Assembly (NCBI GenBank): GCA_051876105.1
Contig: JBJEHN010000073.1
Coordinates: 4,555 to 68,554 of the forward strand
Length of the DNA: 64,000 bases
Reading direction: 5' to 3'
Source of the DNA: Coriobacteriales bacterium
Lineage (GTDB): Bacteria > Actinomycetota > Coriobacteriia > Coriobacteriales > QAMH01
The position numbers and the translations under genes were made by a program. This document shows, piece after piece, positions 18,833 through 28,294 of the stretch. The stretch's first letter is position 1; every line of letters starts with the position of its first letter. The notes beneath the pieces are model-generated. The model ran no database searches and was not told where the DNA came from. It was given only the letters and a program-made list of their open reading frames with translations.

Positions 18833-19372
18833 CTAGGCCAGGTAGACCCTGGGATCGAGGACGCCCACGTAGGGCAGGTTGCGGTAGCGCTCCGCGTAGT
18901 CGAGGCCGTAGCCCACCAGGTACTCGTCCGGGCAGGCGAAGCCGGTGTACTTGCACTCGACGGCGGCCTTCTGCGCCCCCTCCTTGACGAGGAAGGCGGC
19001 CACCTCGATGCTCTTGGGGTTGCGGCTCTTGAGCATCTTGACGACGTAGTTGAGCGTGAGGCCGGAGTCTAGGACGTCTTCTGCGATGAGGACGTGGCGG
19101 CCCTCAACGGGGGTGTTGAGGTCCTTGATGACGCGGACCACGCCGCTGGACTCGTGGGAGCTGCCGTAGGAGCTGACGGCCATGAAGTCCATCTCGACCG
19201 GAAGGTCGATGGCGCGGACGAGGTCTGCCATGAAGATGGCAGCGCCCTTGAGGACGCTCACGACGAGCAGCTGCTCGCCCTGGTAGTCGGCGGTGATGCG
19301 GGCGCCCAGCTCGGCGACCTTACCGCTGATCTGCTCCCGGGTGATCAGGACCCTCTGGACATCCTCGTTCAT
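18833..19372 (-). CDS. hpt: Hypoxanthine phosphoribosyltransferase
   Basis: MNEDVQRVLITREQISGKVAELG...; PRPP motif VLIAEDVLDSGLTL. ATG 19372 has AAGGAG 7 nt upstream. Confidence 0.93.
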   Translation of the reverse strand: MNEDVQRVLITREQISGKVAELGARITADYQGEQLLVVSVLKGAAIFMADLVRAIDLPVEMDFMAVSSYGSSHESSGVVRVIKDLNTPVEGRHVLIAEDVLDSGLTLNYVVKMLKSRNPKSIEVAAFLVKEGAQKAAVECKYTGFACPDEYLVGYGLDYAERYRNLPYVGVLDPRVYLA

Positions 19373-19450
19373 TGGACAACTCCTTACTGTCACGACATCC
19401 GCCGATTGTCTCACACCTTGGGCAGCGCCCCACAGCAATCGCGGGAATCG

Positions 19451-20482
19451 TCAACGTATGGAAATGCAGAGCTCCCCCTCGCGGCCCTGGGCGCGCAGGC
19501 CGCCGTCGAGCTCGGTGGTGAAGGGGCGGCCCTGGGCGATGCCGTCGACCACGCGCTGGATCTGGCGCGACTCCAGGCGCGCCTGCGGGCTGACGACGAG
19601 CATGCTCTGCCTCACCACGCGGCGCAGCATGGGCTCGTCGAGCCCCCGCAAGGCGGCGAGGGGCAGGCGGGCCGCCCCGTCGTCCCACAAGAGGTTGCGG
19701 TAGACGAGCGCCGCAGCCGCCGAGGAGAGGGCCTCGTCCTCCTGGGCGATGAGGTCCATGGTACGTGCGAGGCTGCGCTGGAAGCCCGGCTTGAGGGCCT
19801 CCATCACCGGGACGAGCTGCGTGCGCACCCTGCTGCGGAAGTTGCTGCCGTCCCCGTTGGTAGCGTCCTCGCACCACAGCTGGGCGGGGGTAGCGCCGGG
19901 GTGCAGCTCGAGCAGCAGCTCGCGCAGCTCCTGGCGGGTGGCGTCAAGCAGGGGGCGCACGATGCTCCCGCGCCTGCGCGGGATGCTGCCCAGGCCGCCG
20001 GGCCCGGTGCCCACCATCGCGCGCATGAGGAAAGTCTCGACGCGGTCGTCGAGGGTGTGGGCCGTGAGGACGAGGCCATCTTGCAGCGGGGTGCGGCAGC
20101 GGGCGCAGTGCCGCTCGAGCGCCTGGGCGGCCGCCTCGTAGCGCAGCTCGCGCGCCGCCGCCTCCATGCCGGCGGCGCCCTCCCCCACCCGGGCGGCCAC
20201 GTCGACGCGGCTCAGCTCGAACGGGACGCCCAGCTGGCGGCACTGCCGTTCGACGAAGGCCTGGTCGCGCTCGGAGTCCTCGCCGCGCAGCTGGTGGTTC
20301 ACATGTAGGCACAGCGGCAGCAGCTGGGCCCGGGGAGGCAGGCAGGCGCACAGCATGGCGCGCAGGCGCTCCTCGAGGGGGCCCGCGGGCGCGGTGCCGG
20401 CAGCGGCGCGGGCGCAGAGCTCCAGCAGCGCCGTCGAGTCGGAGCCGCCGGAGACCATGAGGATGAGGGGTGCGGTGTCCAT
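19451..20482 (-). CDS. tilS: tRNA(Ile)-lysidine synthetase
   Basis: 343 aa with the PP-loop MVSGGSDSTALL. It sits upstream of hpt-ftsH, the usual arrangement. Confidence 0.9.
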   Translation of the reverse strand: MDTAPLILMVSGGSDSTALLELCARAAAGTAPAGPLEERLRAMLCACLPPRAQLLPLCLHVNHQLRGEDSERDQAFVERQCRQLGVPFELSRVDVAARVGEGAAGMEAAARELRYEAAAQALERHCARCRTPLQDGLVLTAHTLDDRVETFLMRAMVGTGPGGLGSIPRRRGSIVRPLLDATRQELRELLLELHPGATPAQLWCEDATNGDGSNFRSRVRTQLVPVMEALKPGFQRSLARTMDLIAQEDEALSSAAAALVYRNLLWDDGAARLPLAALRGLDEPMLRRVVRQSMLVVSPQARLESRQIQRVVDGIAQGRPFTTELDGGLRAQGREGELCISIR

Positions 20483-20515
20483 GCGCCGATTATAGGGCCG
20501 CTGCGGCCGGCAGCC

Positions 20516-22846
20516 CTACGCGGGGTCCTTGCTGCGCAGGGGCATGTGGGCGATCACGTCTGCGTCGAGGCCGGTGAAGAGGCCCTCCTCGTAGAGGTCG
20601 ACGGCACAGCTCGCGATCATGGTGGCGTTGTCCGTGCAGGCGTGGGCATCCGGCATCACTACGCGTACCCCGCGGCGGCCGAGCTTGTCGGCGAGTGCGG
20701 CGCGCAGGGCGGGGTTGCTCGCCACGCCGCCGCCCATGCAGAGCGTGCGGCAGCCCGTTTCCTTGCATGCCTGCCAGGCCTTGTGCACCTGCACATCCAC
20801 GACAGCCGCCTGGAAGCTCGCAGCCAGGTCGGGGATGTTCACCGGCTCGCCCGCGGCGTTCCTCTTGTTGATGTAGGTGACCACTGCCGTCTTGAGCCCG
20901 CTGAGCGAGAAGCGCAGATCGCCGCTGTGCATCATCGCGCGCGGGAAGTCGATGGCCTGCGGGTCGCCCTGCGCGGCCAGGCGGCTGATGATGGGGCCGC
21001 CTGGGTAGCCCAGTCCCAGGGCCTTGGCAACCTTGTCGAAGGCCTCCCCCACCGCGTCGTCGAGGGTCGAGCCCAAGACGGCATAGTCGCCCCACTCCCT
21101 CACGTGCACGAGCATGGTGTGCCCGCCGCTCACCAGCAGGGCGATGAAGGGGGTCTGGATGTCCGGCGCCACGTAGCGGTTGGCGTAGAGGTGGCCCTCC
21201 AGGTGGTTCACCCCGATGAGCGGCAGCCCGGTGGCAAAGCACAGCCCCTTGGCAAAGGCCAGGCCCACCACCAGCGCGCCCACGAGGCCGGGACCCTGGG
21301 TCACCGCCACGGCGGAGAGGTCCTCCCAGCGCGCGCCGGCCTGCCCCATCGCGTCCATCACCACAGGGACGATGGCCTCGGTGTGCTTGCGCGAGGCGAT
21401 CTCCGGCACGACGCCGCCAAAGCGGCTGTGGAAGTCGATCTGGCTGGCCACCTGGTCTGCCCAGATGCGGCGCTCTCCGTCGACGACGGCCGCGGCGGTC
21501 TCGTCGCAAGAGCTCTCGATAGCCAGGATGAGGGGGCGGGCCGAGGCCGCGCAGGCACCCGCCTGCGCACGCGGGCCGCCGCCGGTCTCCATGCGCGCGC
21601 TGGCCCCTGAGGTGGCATAGCTGTAGGTCAAGGGCAGCTGGCCGCGCATGATCAGGGCGTCTGCGCGGTCGTGGTAGTAGCGGGGGCGCACCCCCACGTC
21701 CTCCAGGCCCAGCCGGTGGTAGAGCGCGATGGCAGGGGCGTTGTCTGTGCGGACCTCGAGGGTCACCGTCTCCGCACCTAAGGCGCGGGCGTCTGTGGCC
21801 ACGCGCTCGATCAGGCGCTGGGCGATGCCTTGGCGGCGCTGGGCCGGGTCGACGCAGATGCTGAAGATGCAGAGCTCTCCATCGACCACCTGGCCGCCGG
21901 CACAGCCAACGAGACGCCCCTCCTTGCGGGCGACCCACCAGCTGCGGTCCGGGCGGCCGACCTCGTCAGCCAGCTTGCCCTCCGTCCAGGCGTCCTGCGG
22001 CATCGCGCGCTGCTGGAGCCCGACCGCGGCAGCGACGTCGTTCACCGAGAGCGGGTGCAGGAAGAGGCCTCCCACGGCGCGGCCGTCTGCCACGCCGCTT
22101 TCGGGCAGGGCGTCTGCGATGCCCAGCCGCGCGCGTTCCGCCTCCTCGGCGTCGGAGAGGCGCGTATAGACAGGCAGCAGGACCGCCGGGTCCCCGCTGC
22201 CCAGCTCGCCGGCGCGGCGCAGGGCCGCATAGGCCTGCAGCAGGCCCTGGCCGTCGGGCGTCCACAGCTCCTCGGGGCCGATCGTGAAGGGGCCCTCCCC
22301 AAAGCATTCCGCGTGCTTGCGCAGGCCGTCGCCCAACAGCACCAGCTCCTCGCCGGCCTCGCGCCACGCCTGCGCGACCTGCGCAGGCTTGCAGACGCTG
22401 TCGAGGTCGAGGCGGCTGACGCCCTCGTCATCCAGCTCGAAGCGCACCGGGTAGACCTCCTTGCGCATGGCGTCCTCGACGACGCCCACGCGGCCGCGCA
22501 GGCCGGCGCGCCAGGCATGCCAGGCCACAGCGTCGATGGTCGACACGCCGTGGACGGGGCAGCCCAGGCCACAGGCGAGCCCCTTGGCTGTGGCGATGCC
22601 GATGCGCACGCCGGTGAACGAGCCCGGCCCCCTGCCCACGACGACCACCCCGACGTCGCGCGGGGCCAGGCCGCTGCTCTCCAGCAGCGCAGCTGCCCTG
22701 TCGAGGAGGACCTGGTCGGACTGGCGCGGCGCAGGTGCGTCGCCGCTGGCGATGACGCGGGGGTCGCTGGGCGCCACATCGCCCACGCAGAGGGCGAGCA
22801 TGTCGCTGGCGGTGTCGAAGGCCAGCGCGATCTTAGCTTGGGTCAC
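20516..22846 (-). CDS. tsaD: Triple fusion: TsaB (YeaZ) + RimI-type GNAT acetyltransferase + TsaD (Kae1/Gcp), for t6A biosynthesis
   Basis: One 776-aa ORF. Residues 1-240 are TsaB-like (GRGPGSFTGVRIGIATAKG). Residues about 258-405 are GNAT (QRRQGIAQRLIE..TLEVRTDNAPAIALYHRLG). Residues about 437-776 are TsaD (LAIESSCDETAAAVV, GVNHLEGH, GGGVASN). Confidence 0.9.
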   Translation of the reverse strand: MTQAKIALAFDTASDMLALCVGDVAPSDPRVIASGDAPAPRQSDQVLLDRAAALLESSGLAPRDVGVVVVGRGPGSFTGVRIGIATAKGLACGLGCPVHGVSTIDAVAWHAWRAGLRGRVGVVEDAMRKEVYPVRFELDDEGVSRLDLDSVCKPAQVAQAWREAGEELVLLGDGLRKHAECFGEGPFTIGPEELWTPDGQGLLQAYAALRRAGELGSGDPAVLLPVYTRLSDAEEAERARLGIADALPESGVADGRAVGGLFLHPLSVNDVAAAVGLQQRAMPQDAWTEGKLADEVGRPDRSWWVARKEGRLVGCAGGQVVDGELCIFSICVDPAQRRQGIAQRLIERVATDARALGAETVTLEVRTDNAPAIALYHRLGLEDVGVRPRYYHDRADALIMRGQLPLTYSYATSGASARMETGGGPRAQAGACAASARPLILAIESSCDETAAAVVDGERRIWADQVASQIDFHSRFGGVVPEIASRKHTEAIVPVVMDAMGQAGARWEDLSAVAVTQGPGLVGALVVGLAFAKGLCFATGLPLIGVNHLEGHLYANRYVAPDIQTPFIALLVSGGHTMLVHVREWGDYAVLGSTLDDAVGEAFDKVAKALGLGYPGGPIISRLAAQGDPQAIDFPRAMMHSGDLRFSLSGLKTAVVTYINKRNAAGEPVNIPDLAASFQAAVVDVQVHKAWQACKETGCRTLCMGGGVASNPALRAALADKLGRRGVRVVMPDAHACTDNATMIASCAVDLYEEGLFTGLDADVIAHMPLRSKDPA

Positions 22847-22852
22847 AGGGCA

Positions 22853-24133
22853 TCAGGCTCCAGAGAGGTCGGTGCGGATACTCATACCCTCGGTCAGGGA
22901 GGCGCCCTGGACGACCAGTTGGCCGTCTGGCGCGGTCCCGATCTGGGTCACGTTGCATTGCTTGACAGTAGCCGCGTCGACGACGGCCTCGACGTACATG
23001 CCGAAGCGGCCGTTGGCCACGGCTGTTGCGGGAACGTAGTATACCGTCCCGTAGTCGAGGACGCTGATCTTGGCAGAGACCGCCATGCCCAGCTCGAGGC
23101 CCTGGGGCGCCTCGTCGAAGGCCAGCGTCACGCCGTAGAGCGTCCCGTTGCCGGCGGCGTCCCCCATCACCGCGCTGCTAGAGCTGCCAGCGGAGCTCTT
23201 GGCCGTGGGCGTGTCAGCCACCTTGAGGACGCTTGCCGCGAGCACCTGCCCGGGCAGGGCGCTGCAGGTGACGCTTGCGAGCTGGCCCTTGCTGATGCTG
23301 CCCACCTTCGACTCGGGCACCTGCACCACGCAGTTGACCTTGGCGGTGTCCACCACTGTCATCAGCGTCCCCGCTGTAGCGGGGTACAGCTGCTGGCCGG
23401 GCTCAACCTGCAGACCCGCGACGGTGCCCCCTTGGGGCGCGGTCACGGCCAGCTTGCCCTGCTCGCGCTTTGCCTTGGTGAAGGCAGAGCGCGCCTTGGC
23501 GGTGTCCTTCTCCGCCTTGGAGAGCGCCGCCTCCTGCTGGCTGGCTACCGCCTGGGCGTCGTCGACGGCAGCCTGGGCGCTCTCGACGGCCTCCTGGTAG
23601 GGAGTCTCGTCGAAGGGCTCATCGGGCCGCTGCGCGGCGGTGTCGCGGGCGGCCTCGAGGTTGCCCTGGGCCTTCTCGAGCCGCTCGGCAGCCCCTGCAA
23701 GCGCCTCCTGCGCCGCAGCGAGCGCGTCTTGCGCCTCGCGCTGGGCGGCCTGGCACGCACGGTAGTCGGCCAGGGCCTCCGCCAGCGCCTGGCTCACCGC
23801 CTCGTTCTCGAGCGTGAGCAGCAGGTCGCCCTTCTTGACGGCATCGCCTTCCGCAACCTCGACGGAGAGGACGGTCCCCTCCACCTCGACGCAAACAGCC
23901 GAGACGCTGGCAGACTGGATCGCGCCGGTGACGTCGAGGTCGCTGGAGTAGCTGCTCGCGGCAAGGAGCATGGTGTCGTACTGCGCGGCAGGGCGGCTCT
24001 GGTTGGCAGAGAGCGTCTTGGTGAGCAGGTATGAGCCGCCCCCGAAGATGAGGACGGCGGCGGCGATGGCGATCCCAGCCGCCAAGCCGACCTGGCGGTT
24101 GCGAGCGCGGATCTTCTCGCGGGATGCTGGCAT
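22853..24133 (-). CDS. HlyD/membrane-fusion-protein family adaptor (periplasmic adaptor subunit), with no adjacent transporter
   Basis: 426 aa: N-terminal TM segment, lipoyl-like VEVAEGDAVKKGDLLLTL, a long Ala/Gln/Glu coiled coil, and beta-barrel-like C-terminal domains. It ends 6 nt before the tsaB-rimI-tsaD start. Confidence 0.8.
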   Translation of the reverse strand: MPASREKIRARNRQVGLAAGIAIAAAVLIFGGGSYLLTKTLSANQSRPAAQYDTMLLAASSYSSDLDVTGAIQSASVSAVCVEVEGTVLSVEVAEGDAVKKGDLLLTLENEAVSQALAEALADYRACQAAQREAQDALAAAQEALAGAAERLEKAQGNLEAARDTAAQRPDEPFDETPYQEAVESAQAAVDDAQAVASQQEAALSKAEKDTAKARSAFTKAKREQGKLAVTAPQGGTVAGLQVEPGQQLYPATAGTLMTVVDTAKVNCVVQVPESKVGSISKGQLASVTCSALPGQVLAASVLKVADTPTAKSSAGSSSSAVMGDAAGNGTLYGVTLAFDEAPQGLELGMAVSAKISVLDYGTVYYVPATAVANGRFGMYVEAVVDAATVKQCNVTQIGTAPDGQLVVQGASLTEGMSIRTDLSGA

Positions 24134-24185
24134 GTGCCCCTCCAGGTGAAGAATGCGTACCCGTGGATTCTAGGGCATGGGGCGC

Positions 24186-24929
24186 CTAAGCGGTGCCGGC
24201 GGCAAAGGGGGCGCCCTGGCTGCTGCTGGAGGAGGAGCCCTGCTGGCCCTGGTTGGGGGATCCCTGTTCCTGGGTGGAGCCCTGCGTGCCGCCCTGGGAG
24301 CCGCTGCCGGAGTAGACCTGGCTGTAGCTGCTGTTGGGCCCGGAGCTCTGGCTGTAGTACACCGGTGTGTAGAAGAGCCGCGTGCAGGCCCCCATGAAGA
24401 GGTTGATCAGGAGATTGAGCGCCAGGAAGGCGATGATCCAGGTCATGCAGCCGCCGCCGAAGACCGTGGTCTGCTGGCGCTGCTGCTGTTGGCGCTGGTA
24501 CTGCTGTTGCTGCTGGCTGCGCTGCTGTTCGTAGTAGCTCGAGTCGTGCTGGGAGCCCTGGTTGCCGTACCAGCTGCGGAAGAACTCCTCGAAGGGGTCG
24601 TAGTACTCCCCCTGGCCCGAGCCGCCGGAGCGGGTGTAGCGGCCGGTGGTGGGGTCGTAGGTGTAGGTCTGGGTGTTGGCATAGCCGCCAGAGCTCTGCT
24701 GGGCATAGGGGTTGGATGCCTGCTGGCGCGCGCGGGGGCCGTACGGGGTGCCGTTGGTGATGGCGTCGTAGGCGGCGTTGACCTCGGCCATCTTCCTGGC
24801 GGCTGCCTCGTCGCCGGGGTTGAGGTCGGGGTGGTACTTCTTTGCCAGCTTGCGGTACGCGCGGGTCACCTCGTCCTTCGAGGCGCCCTCGTTCAAGCCC
24901 AGGACCTTGTAGGGGTTTGTCTCTGCCAT
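24186..24929 (-). CDS. Membrane-anchored J-domain (DnaJ-like) protein with Q/S/G/Y-rich low-complexity regions
   Basis: 247 aa: [36 protein letters not shown] (HPD motif), a Q-rich stretch ([15 protein letters not shown]), one TM segment ([20 protein letters not shown]), and an S/G/Q-rich tail. Confidence 0.85.
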   Translation of the reverse strand: MAETNPYKVLGLNEGASKDEVTRAYRKLAKKYHPDLNPGDEAAARKMAEVNAAYDAITNGTPYGPRARQQASNPYAQQSSGGYANTQTYTYDPTTGRYTRSGGSGQGEYYDPFEEFFRSWYGNQGSQHDSSYYEQQRSQQQQQYQRQQQQRQQTTVFGGGCMTWIIAFLALNLLINLFMGACTRLFYTPVYYSQSSGPNSSYSQVYSGSGSQGGTQGSTQEQGSPNQGQQGSSSSSSQGAPFAAGTA

Positions 24930-25001
24930 AGTGGTTCCCTATCTTACAGGGATTGCTTGAAGATTGGCTGAATGCCGCTCAACATGACGGCAACAGCTGC
25001 C

Positions 25002-25418
25002 CTAGCTCAGCGTTACGAGGCGCGAGCCGTCGTCGCGCACGCGCACGTCCACATAGCGGCAGCCTGACGGCAGGGCGTCGGGGAACTTGTCGCCCCACTC
25101 CACCAGGCTCACCGCCCCGCTCTCCGTAAGGCCGTACCAGTCGACGTCCTCGAGCTCCCACTCGCTCTCCAGGCGGTAGAGGTCCCAGTGCAGCAGCGGG
25201 AGCCGGCCGCTGTCGTAGCGCTCGACGATGGCGAAAGTGGGGCTCGTGACCTGCTCGGTCACGCCGAGCCCCTCGGCAAAGCCCTTCGAGAGGTGCGTCT
25301 TGCCGGCCCCGAGGTCGCCGGTGAGCACAAAGCAGCTGTCTGGCGCCGCCTCGAGCGCCAGGCGGCGCCCCAGCTCTATGGTCTCCTCGACGCTGTTGGA
25401 GATGAATGTCTCACCCAT
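25002..25418 (-). CDS. tsaE: tRNA t6A ATPase TsaE
   Basis: P-loop GDLGAGKTHLSKG and HWDLYRL. ATG 25418 has GAGGAG 7 nt upstream and overlaps the udg stop by 8 nt. Confidence 0.9.
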   Translation of the reverse strand: MGETFISNSVEETIELGRRLALEAAPDSCFVLTGDLGAGKTHLSKGFAEGLGVTEQVTSPTFAIVERYDSGRLPLLHWDLYRLESEWELEDVDWYGLTESGAVSLVEWGDKFPDALPSGCRYVDVRVRDDGSRLVTLS

Positions 25419-26007
25419 CGGCGCGCTCCTCACCCCCGCCGGCGGAGAGCTTGGCATCGCGCTCGAGCAGGGCGCGCAGCAGGTCGAAGTCCTCCTCCAA
25501 AGCGGCGACCTTGGAGCGATCGTAGATCGCTGCCGCCGGGTGGAACATGGGGATCACCCGCAAGGGGCCGGCGCTCTGCACGCGGCCGCGCAGGCGGGTG
25601 ATCCCCTCGTTGGTCTGCAGGATGAACTTGGTGGCGAAGTTGCCCAGGGTCACGACGACGGTGGGGTGCACGCTGGCAACCTGCTGGCGCAGCCAGGGCG
25701 TGCACGCCTCTATCTCCTCCGGGCGCGGGTCGCGGTTGCCCGGCGGGCGGCACTTGAGGATGTTGGCGATGTAGATGTCCTCGCGCGGGATGCCGGCGCG
25801 CTGGAGCATCTGGTTGAGCAGCTGGCCGGCCGCGCCCACGAAGGGCTCGCCCTGCAGGTCCTCGTTCTTGCCAGGGCCCTCGCCTACGAACATCACGTTG
25901 GCATGGGGGTTTCCCACGCCGAAGACGAGGTTGGTGCGCGTGGCGGCGAGCGCGCACTTGGCGCAGCCCGCGCACTCGCGCTCTATGTCTGCGAGGGGGC
26001 GCGGCAT
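25411..26007 (-). CDS. udg: Family-4 uracil-DNA glycosylase (4Fe-4S)
   Basis: 198 aa from MPRPLADIERECAGCAKCALAATRTNLVFGVGNPHANVMFVGEGPG..., with HPAA near the C-terminus. Its ATG overlaps the alr TGA. Confidence 0.9.
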   Translation of the reverse strand: MPRPLADIERECAGCAKCALAATRTNLVFGVGNPHANVMFVGEGPGKNEDLQGEPFVGAAGQLLNQMLQRAGIPREDIYIANILKCRPPGNRDPRPEEIEACTPWLRQQVASVHPTVVVTLGNFATKFILQTNEGITRLRGRVQSAGPLRVIPMFHPAAAIYDRSKVAALEEDFDLLRALLERDAKLSAGGGEERADG

Positions 26008-27323
26008 CAGACGTACACCCTGGGCAGGCGCAGGCCGAAGAGGCAGGTTATCTCGTGGGTGATCGTGCCCAGGGCCTCGGCCATGGTGTCTGCCGTGAGC
26101 TCGTAGTCGCCCTGGGTGCCGATGATGACGACCTCGTCGCCCGGCTGGGCGCCGCCGCCCTTGATGCCCGTCACGGAGTAGCCCAAGGGGATCTCGATCA
26201 TCATCTGGTCCATGCAGATGTTGCCCACCTGGCTCACCGGGCGGCCGTTCCACAGCACCTTGAAGCCCTTCTTGGTGAGCTCTCGCCTGACACCATCTGC
26301 GTAGCCGAGCGGCAGGGTGGCGATCTGCACGGGCTTGCCCACGCGGTAGTTCATGCCGTAGCTCACGCCCTCGCCCACCTGGGGCTCCTTGACGGCGGAG
26401 ATCTCTGCCTTGATGCTCATGGCCGGCTTGAGGACGACGCTGCCGCCGGAGACCTCGGGGTTGTAGTCGAGGCCGTAGAGGCAGATGCCCAGGCGCACCA
26501 TGTCGTAGTGCACCTGCGGGTAGCGGAAGATCGAGGCGCTGTTGGCGGCATGGACGATGCCGGGGTTGAAGCCCGCCTCGCGGATGAGGCGCAGGGCCTC
26601 CTCGAAGCGGCGGTGCTGCTCGTAGAAGTCGAGCTGCTCGGCGCAGTCGGCGGTGGCGAAATGCGTGAAGGTACCCTCGTACTTGAGCGCCCTGTGGAAC
26701 GAGATGCCCTTGATGAAGTCGCCCGCATCCAGGTAGAAGACGCCGATGCGGTTCATGCCGGTGTTCACCGCCAGGTGGAAGGGGGCCTCCCTGCCCTGGA
26801 GGTCTGCCTGCTCGGCGTAGTCGAGGGCGAACTCCTGGGTGTAGACGGCGGGGGTGATGCTGTAGGCCAGCAGCAGCGGGATGGTGCGCTGCGGGGGCTG
26901 GGCCAGCAGGAGGATGGGCTCTGTGAAGCCGGCCTGGCGCAGCTCGACGCCCTCTTCCGGGGTGGCCACAGCAAGGCGGTCGGCACCGGCGTCGAGTGCG
27001 GCGCGCGCAACGCGGACGGCACCGTGGCCGTAGGCGTCTGCCTTGACGACGGCGCAGAGCAGGCGCTGCGGGCCGCAGGCGCGGCGGGCCTGCTGCACGT
27101 TGAACGCGATGGCGGAGAGGTCGATCTCTGCCCAGGCGCCGCGCGGGACGCTCTGGCGGGTGTAGGAGTCGTGGAGCGTGACGCTGGGCGCGCTCGCAGC
27201 CCGCTCGACCTCAGCCCCCAAGGTGAGCTGGGTGTCTCCAGCACTGTCGAAGGGCCTGTCCCCTGCCGCTGTGTCGTTGGGCAGCTTGGGGTTGGAGCCG
27301 AAGTAGTTGATGGAATCAGTCAT
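26007..27323 (-). CDS. alr: Alanine racemase (with about 60-aa N-terminal extension)
   Basis: VVKADAYGHG (PLP lysine) and the typical C-terminal ..VCMDQMMI... block. The start MTDSINYF at 27323 overlaps the nnrD stop by 8 nt. Confidence 0.92.
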   Translation of the reverse strand: MTDSINYFGSNPKLPNDTAAGDRPFDSAGDTQLTLGAEVERAASAPSVTLHDSYTRQSVPRGAWAEIDLSAIAFNVQQARRACGPQRLLCAVVKADAYGHGAVRVARAALDAGADRLAVATPEEGVELRQAGFTEPILLLAQPPQRTIPLLLAYSITPAVYTQEFALDYAEQADLQGREAPFHLAVNTGMNRIGVFYLDAGDFIKGISFHRALKYEGTFTHFATADCAEQLDFYEQHRRFEEALRLIREAGFNPGIVHAANSASIFRYPQVHYDMVRLGICLYGLDYNPEVSGGSVVLKPAMSIKAEISAVKEPQVGEGVSYGMNYRVGKPVQIATLPLGYADGVRRELTKKGFKVLWNGRPVSQVGNICMDQMMIEIPLGYSVTGIKGGGAQPGDEVVIIGTQGDYELTADTMAEALGTITHEITCLFGLRLPRVYV

Positions 27324-28293
27324 GCTCGTCCTCTTTTGCCTTGTTGCTTCCAGTCCCGCAGGCGCGTTGCAGTGCACCGGAGCGAGCGGCCGCCAAACGC
27401 GGCGAGAGCTCCTCCAGGCTGCACGCGGCACGCCCGATCCTTGCTATCAGGTCCTCTGGCATGACGCCGGGCACTCCCAGCTCGGCGGCGGCCAGCGCTC
27501 CGCTGCGCCCATGAAGATACACCCCAAGGCAGGCTGCGTCCACGTCGCGCAGGCCCTGAGCGCAAAACGCAGCGATCATGCCCGCTAGCACATCGCCGGT
27601 GCCGGCCTTCGCGAGCTCCGGGCCGGCGTTGCGGCACACCAGCAGGCTGCCGTCCGGGGCCGCCACCAGGGTCTGCGGGCCCTTGAGCACCGCGATGGCG
27701 CCATAGCGGCGTGCGAGCTCCCTGGCCGCGTCCTCGCGCGGGCCCAGCGCGCCGCCCAGCAGGCGTGCGGCCTCGCCCTCGTGCGGGGTGAGCAGCGTGC
27801 GGCACCCGCCCGCACGGCGCGCGTCCAGCAGCCCGGGGCTGCAGGCGAGCGCGAAGAGCGCGTCTGCGTCGAGCAGCAGGGGCAGGCCCATCAGCGCCGG
27901 GCTGCCCGCCACGGCGCGCACGAAGGCCGCGCACTCCGCCGTGCGGCCGATGCCCGGCCCCAGCAGCAGGGCTTTGGCCCGCGGGGCGCGCGCCTCCAGC
28001 TCGTCCAGCGCTGCAGCGGCAAAGCAGCCCCCCTCCTGGGCGCAGGGCACCACGGGAATGCTCAGCAGGTGTGCGCGGGCATCGTGAACGGCGGGCTCCG
28101 GGGTCAGCAGGGTCACGTAGCCGGCCCCGCTGCGCGCTGCGGCCTGGGCTGCGAGCACCGCTGCGCCCGGGTAGGCCCCAGAGCCTGCAGCTGCCAGCAC
28201 CTGGCCCGCGCTGTACTTGTTGGCGTCTGCGGCGGGCAGGGGCAGCAGCCCGGCCGCATCGCAGGCCGTGAACTCGCGTGGAGGAGCTGCCAT
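27316..28293 (-). CDS. nnrD: ADP-dependent NAD(P)H-hydrate dehydratase (YjeF C-terminal type)
   Basis: 325 aa with KYSAGQVL..GSGAYPGAAVLA, GPGIG, LTPHEGE and AKAGTGDVLAG motifs. There is no N-terminal epimerase domain. Confidence 0.88.
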   Translation of the reverse strand: MAAPPREFTACDAAGLLPLPAADANKYSAGQVLAAAGSGAYPGAAVLAAQAAARSGAGYVTLLTPEPAVHDARAHLLSIPVVPCAQEGGCFAAAALDELEARAPRAKALLLGPGIGRTAECAAFVRAVAGSPALMGLPLLLDADALFALACSPGLLDARRAGGCRTLLTPHEGEAARLLGGALGPREDAARELARRYGAIAVLKGPQTLVAAPDGSLLVCRNAGPELAKAGTGDVLAGMIAAFCAQGLRDVDAACLGVYLHGRSGALAAAELGVPGVMPEDLIARIGRAACSLEELSPRLAAARSGALQRACGTGSNKAKEDEHD

Positions 28294-28294
28294 G

